From Lepidodermella squamata (Eukaryota > Animalia > Gastrotricha): a stretch of 64,000 bases of DNA. Each line of letters starts with the position of its first letter. The first letter of the stretch is position 1. Positions 60,882 through 64,000 of this stretch are shown in pieces. Location of the stretch: the NCBI GenBank assembly GCA_047495785.1, contig JBLDXI010000054.1, positions 620,001-684,000 on the forward strand, in the 5' to 3' direction. Under the pieces are notes generated by a model. The model was not told the origin of the DNA and ran no database searches. It saw only the letters and a program-made list of their open reading frames with translations. A program made the position numbers and the translations under genes.

Positions 60882-61882
60882 TTAGATTCGAGCAGCGTGG
60901 CTGCGAGTACCTCGTTTGTCTTTGTTCGCGGCACAGTTGCGGAGATATTCGAGCTGAACGATAATGCGGTCGATATCTAGAAATCAAATAGTTTACCAAT
61001 ACTATCATTCGACCAAGAATATGATGTGCGGATTATAGAGAAATCAATCAGGATGGGTAGCAGGCAGTGCCGGATTTTCCATTAGGCAAACAAGGCCATT
61101 GCCTTAAGGCCCCGTGATTTTCGGGCTCTTGGAGAAAAATCCAAAGGGGGACCCTTTTGATTTGCTTTTGATTTGTGAAAACGCCAGTAATGATACATTT
61201 TTCGGCCTTCGTTAATGCTTTTGGACCAACTTTTTGAAAAAATGGGCTCGCTTTGCTCGAATTAGTTGGTTAAAATCGGCAGTTTTCAGTTTTTAGTAAA
61301 AAAAGCGAACGACATTTGCCTATTGACTCGGTCCAGCGCTAAATCGAGCTACTCAATTGTAACAACCAAATATAGGGGATAGGGGCCCCCGAAGGTGGAG
61401 ATTGCTTAGGGCCCCGACTGGGAAAATCCGGCGCTGATAGCAGGGTAGCGAAACCTGAAAGCTGGCGTCTTTGTTATAACTGGAGGGACGAATTTAAAGT
61501 GCATGGAGGCACGGGAGTATTACCATACCAGCTCTAGAGTTTTAGAGAAGAAAGCCCAAAAAAACCTTTGGTCCGATAATTATCGGCCGAGGTTGATAAA
61601 TCCCTAAGAAATCCTAAGAAAAATAACCCCCTTCATGAAACCCTCATTACCATCTAGGTCGCTTAAGTTGTCTCGCTTCCAGCGTTGATCGTTCCATTTA
61701 TCGCAACTAGGATGTCGAGGCGCGTGTTTGATATGATTAGCAATGATTCTCGAAATTAGCAACTCATCTGCGTCAGTCAGGAATGAATGTCTGGCATCTT
61801 CTTGTTGGATGTTATCAGAAACTTCAACCCCTGCAATGGCGGGCAGCAAAAAAATCAAAGCGACAAACGCAATACTTGCCAT
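60882..61882 (-). CDS. Small secreted two-cysteine precursor 2 (intron 60977-61650)
   Basis: Signal peptide. CDKWNDQRWKRDNLSDLD|DIDRIIVQLEYLRNCAANKDKRGTRSHAARI*. Confidence 0.6.
61065..61436. mobile_element. hAT-type MITE inside an intron
   Basis: TIRs cagtgccggattttcc / ggaaaatccggcgctg. 8-bp TSD gtagcagg / atagcagg (one mismatch). Subterminal ggccc motifs. Confidence 0.8.
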
Positions 61883-62067
61883 GTTTTCTGTTGATGATTT
61901 TTCCAGTTCTGATATGCAGTAAAATCTGATTGAGTTTATTGAGAGATCTCACGACTGGGAATGCAATCAAATGCAAATTATTCCATATAATTTATTCATC
62001 GGAAAATTAACAAGAAATTATCTGACATATTAGGCAAAATGTCTCGCTAACGACGCATAAGACTGCA

Positions 62068-62461
62068 TCAAATACGATTAGCGCAATGCTTGACATATTC
62101 TTGATGATATTGACTCAGCTTTCCGTTCAGCAAGTCTGAAATCAAATTCAATGCAATAACATTTCGTCTCACATTGATCATAATTACCAATGAACAAATC
62201 GCCAATATCGTGACCCTCGTCTCGTTTTCTAGCAATCCAATGATCGCAGCTCTCCATCTCGGCTTCAAATTCTGAAAACACATCAGTCAAGCCATCGACT
62301 AATTTATCGATTTTGTCATGGCTTTCGATATCTGCATCACCTCGAAAAGGACCGGTTAGCGTATCGAGAAATGATTCAAACTCCACGGATCTTCCTACAG
62401 CATTAGCTGATACTTGGATAATGAGTAGTAAGCCGATAGTTACGAGGAACAGTGCCTTCAT
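62068..62461 (-). CDS. Small secreted two-cysteine precursor 3 (intron 62136-62187)
   Basis: Signal peptide MKALFLVTIGLLLIIQVSA. CDHWIARKRDEGHDIGDLFI|DLLNGKLSQYHQEYVKHCANRI*. Confidence 0.65.
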
Positions 62462-62739
62462 TTTTTGCCTCGCTGTGCTCAAAAATGTGACAAATCTATT
62501 ATTAGAAAGGCTCACTTCTAGGGCGCATATCAATTACGAAGTGGATAAACTTCTGCAAGTCAAGGGGTGGGATGGAATAACGAGAAAAAACGCGAATTTA
62601 TCCAGAGATTTTTCACAGTTTTACTACGCAAAAATACAAGAGTTTAATTTAACAGCTTAGTGGGCTATGAATTGTGGGGACAATTCTAGTTTGAAAAAAT
62701 CGAGCCTGATTCATTGACAAAAAAATGTAAAATGTCCAT

Positions 62740-63146
62740 TCATATTTCGAACTGATCCGCCGTTTGTAGCATGCCTTGGAATTCGGGCATGATGCAATTT
62801 TCGATAAATTCCTCCGTTAAACTGTCGTTTTTGTCGGTTATAACGTCTGAAAGAACAAAATTCAATTAAGGCTCATCCAATTTGGTGTTGTAATCAACTT
62901 ACTGCCGAGCATTTTGGGCAGAGATACATCAAGGCCCTCCCGTTGCTTCTGCAGCATCCATTTGTCGCAGATGGTGATTACACTCAAGTGTTTATCGATC
63001 TCGCCATCGACAAAATCTGGACTTGATTGCAATTTATTGTGATGAACAGCCTCACGACTGAGAACAATAGGAACTGCGTCGTTTTCAAGATAGAAAAAAT
63101 TCAAAAGAAACGCGCTAAGCGAAATTCCGACTAGAAAAACGCCCAT
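62740..63146 (-). CDS. Small secreted two-cysteine precursor 4 (intron 62847-62902)
   Basis: Hydrophobic N-terminus. CDKWMLQKQREGLDVSLPKMLG|NVITDKNDSLTEEFIENCIMPEFQGMLQTADQFEI*. Confidence 0.65.
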
Positions 63147-64000
63147 GTTTCAAATATATCAGAACTGTTTAATTGCTTGCCTCGCCGAATATGAATGTCT
63201 GTATTTTTCAATCAGGAGCGCTTTTTATGCTCGCCACATCGGATGCGGTTGATAATTGAGCAAATACAACGCGCAGATAGTGAGTTCGTTTCGAACGCCC
63301 ACTCCGGATATCATGAGAACATCTTTTTAATTGGTTTTCCAGACTGGCTATAATTAGGGCATAAATTTGAAAGCGCCTGCTGTGCATTGAGTCAACAATA
63401 GCAGGTTTTCAGGGAAAGTTTTTCACGTCATGCCTATCGATTTTTCATAATTTTACATAATTTTAGTAGAGTTACAGAGTCAAAACGAGGGTTTTGATAG
63501 TTTGAATTGGTTCTTTTTTGAATTGTGTGTCAGATAGAGAAAACATTATCTCAATTCATGCTGTCTGGCAGTTAAACATTACATTAAAGCAAACAAGTAA
63601 AAAATAACTAAATGGAATGTGGAAACTGAGTGTGCGACTTTTTCATCAGACATTTGGCCGATAAAAGAAGACATATGTCTGATGAAATAAGTTTTTCTCG
63701 AACTTGATCGCTCGTGTTTTTTCCGGAGAAATAACTCTATATATATCATTTTACTCATTATCTCAGAAATCAGAACATATTTTATCAGAAATAGTTTGGC
63801 ATGAGTCCATCACTGCGTTCCGCCTGAAGAATAACAGGCAGTGGTGCAAATCCCCACGAGCAATCTTGCTAATTCATAACTAACACCAATGGTTTCGTTT
63901 TCATTGCCTGAAAGGTTGAAATCCATGGATTTCAGCGCAGAATATACGCCTGTAAGCATGCAAGCGAAATTATTCATGTTTCATTTCGTTTCAGTTATCA

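Noticed and set aside
62078-62533. Unspliced 151-aa ORF with a multi-Cys tail
   Set aside because: A 52-nt GT-AG intron gives a product matching the paralogue motif; the extra cysteines come from the intron or another frame.
604-62660. Numerous short antisense or alternate-frame ORFs overlapping the called genes
   Set aside because: Shadow ORFs, often with TTG/GTG starts not expected in this eukaryote, and without motifs.

Overview
This is eukaryotic (animal) genomic DNA with compact genes and mostly 44-60 nt GT-AG introns, so the ORF track breaks most genes into pieces; gene models here were spliced by hand. (1) 1.1-17.4 kb holds the main finding: a head-to-tail tandem array of at least five multi-homeobox genes. 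They share a 5-exon plan with all introns in phase 0 and encode 8 divergent homeodomains (3+3+2) in ~535-549 aa. Two copies are intact (4210-7042, 15464-17401); the others are partial, frameshifted or chimeric, with orphan remnants and MITE insertions. (2) An intronless secreted PQQ-type beta-propeller with a GPI-like tail. (3) A double-Rho protein with degenerate GTPase motifs and a CAAX end, plus an ordinary divergent Rho. (4) Three divergent Cys-loop channel subunits. (5) A five-gene family of unrecognised secreted Cys/Thr/Ala-rich proteins; two copies lie in the near-identical arms of a 6-kb palindrome whose spacer holds a Penelope GIY-YIG remnant. (6) A GABA-B-like class C GPCR. (7) A TIR-STAND-STAND-ankyrin NLR-like gene next to a large ankyrin gene whose exon 2 is interrupted by a MITE with an 8-bp TSD. 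(8) Four small secreted two-cysteine precursor genes at the right end. No database search could be run, so all family calls rest on recognised motifs and the species is not identified.
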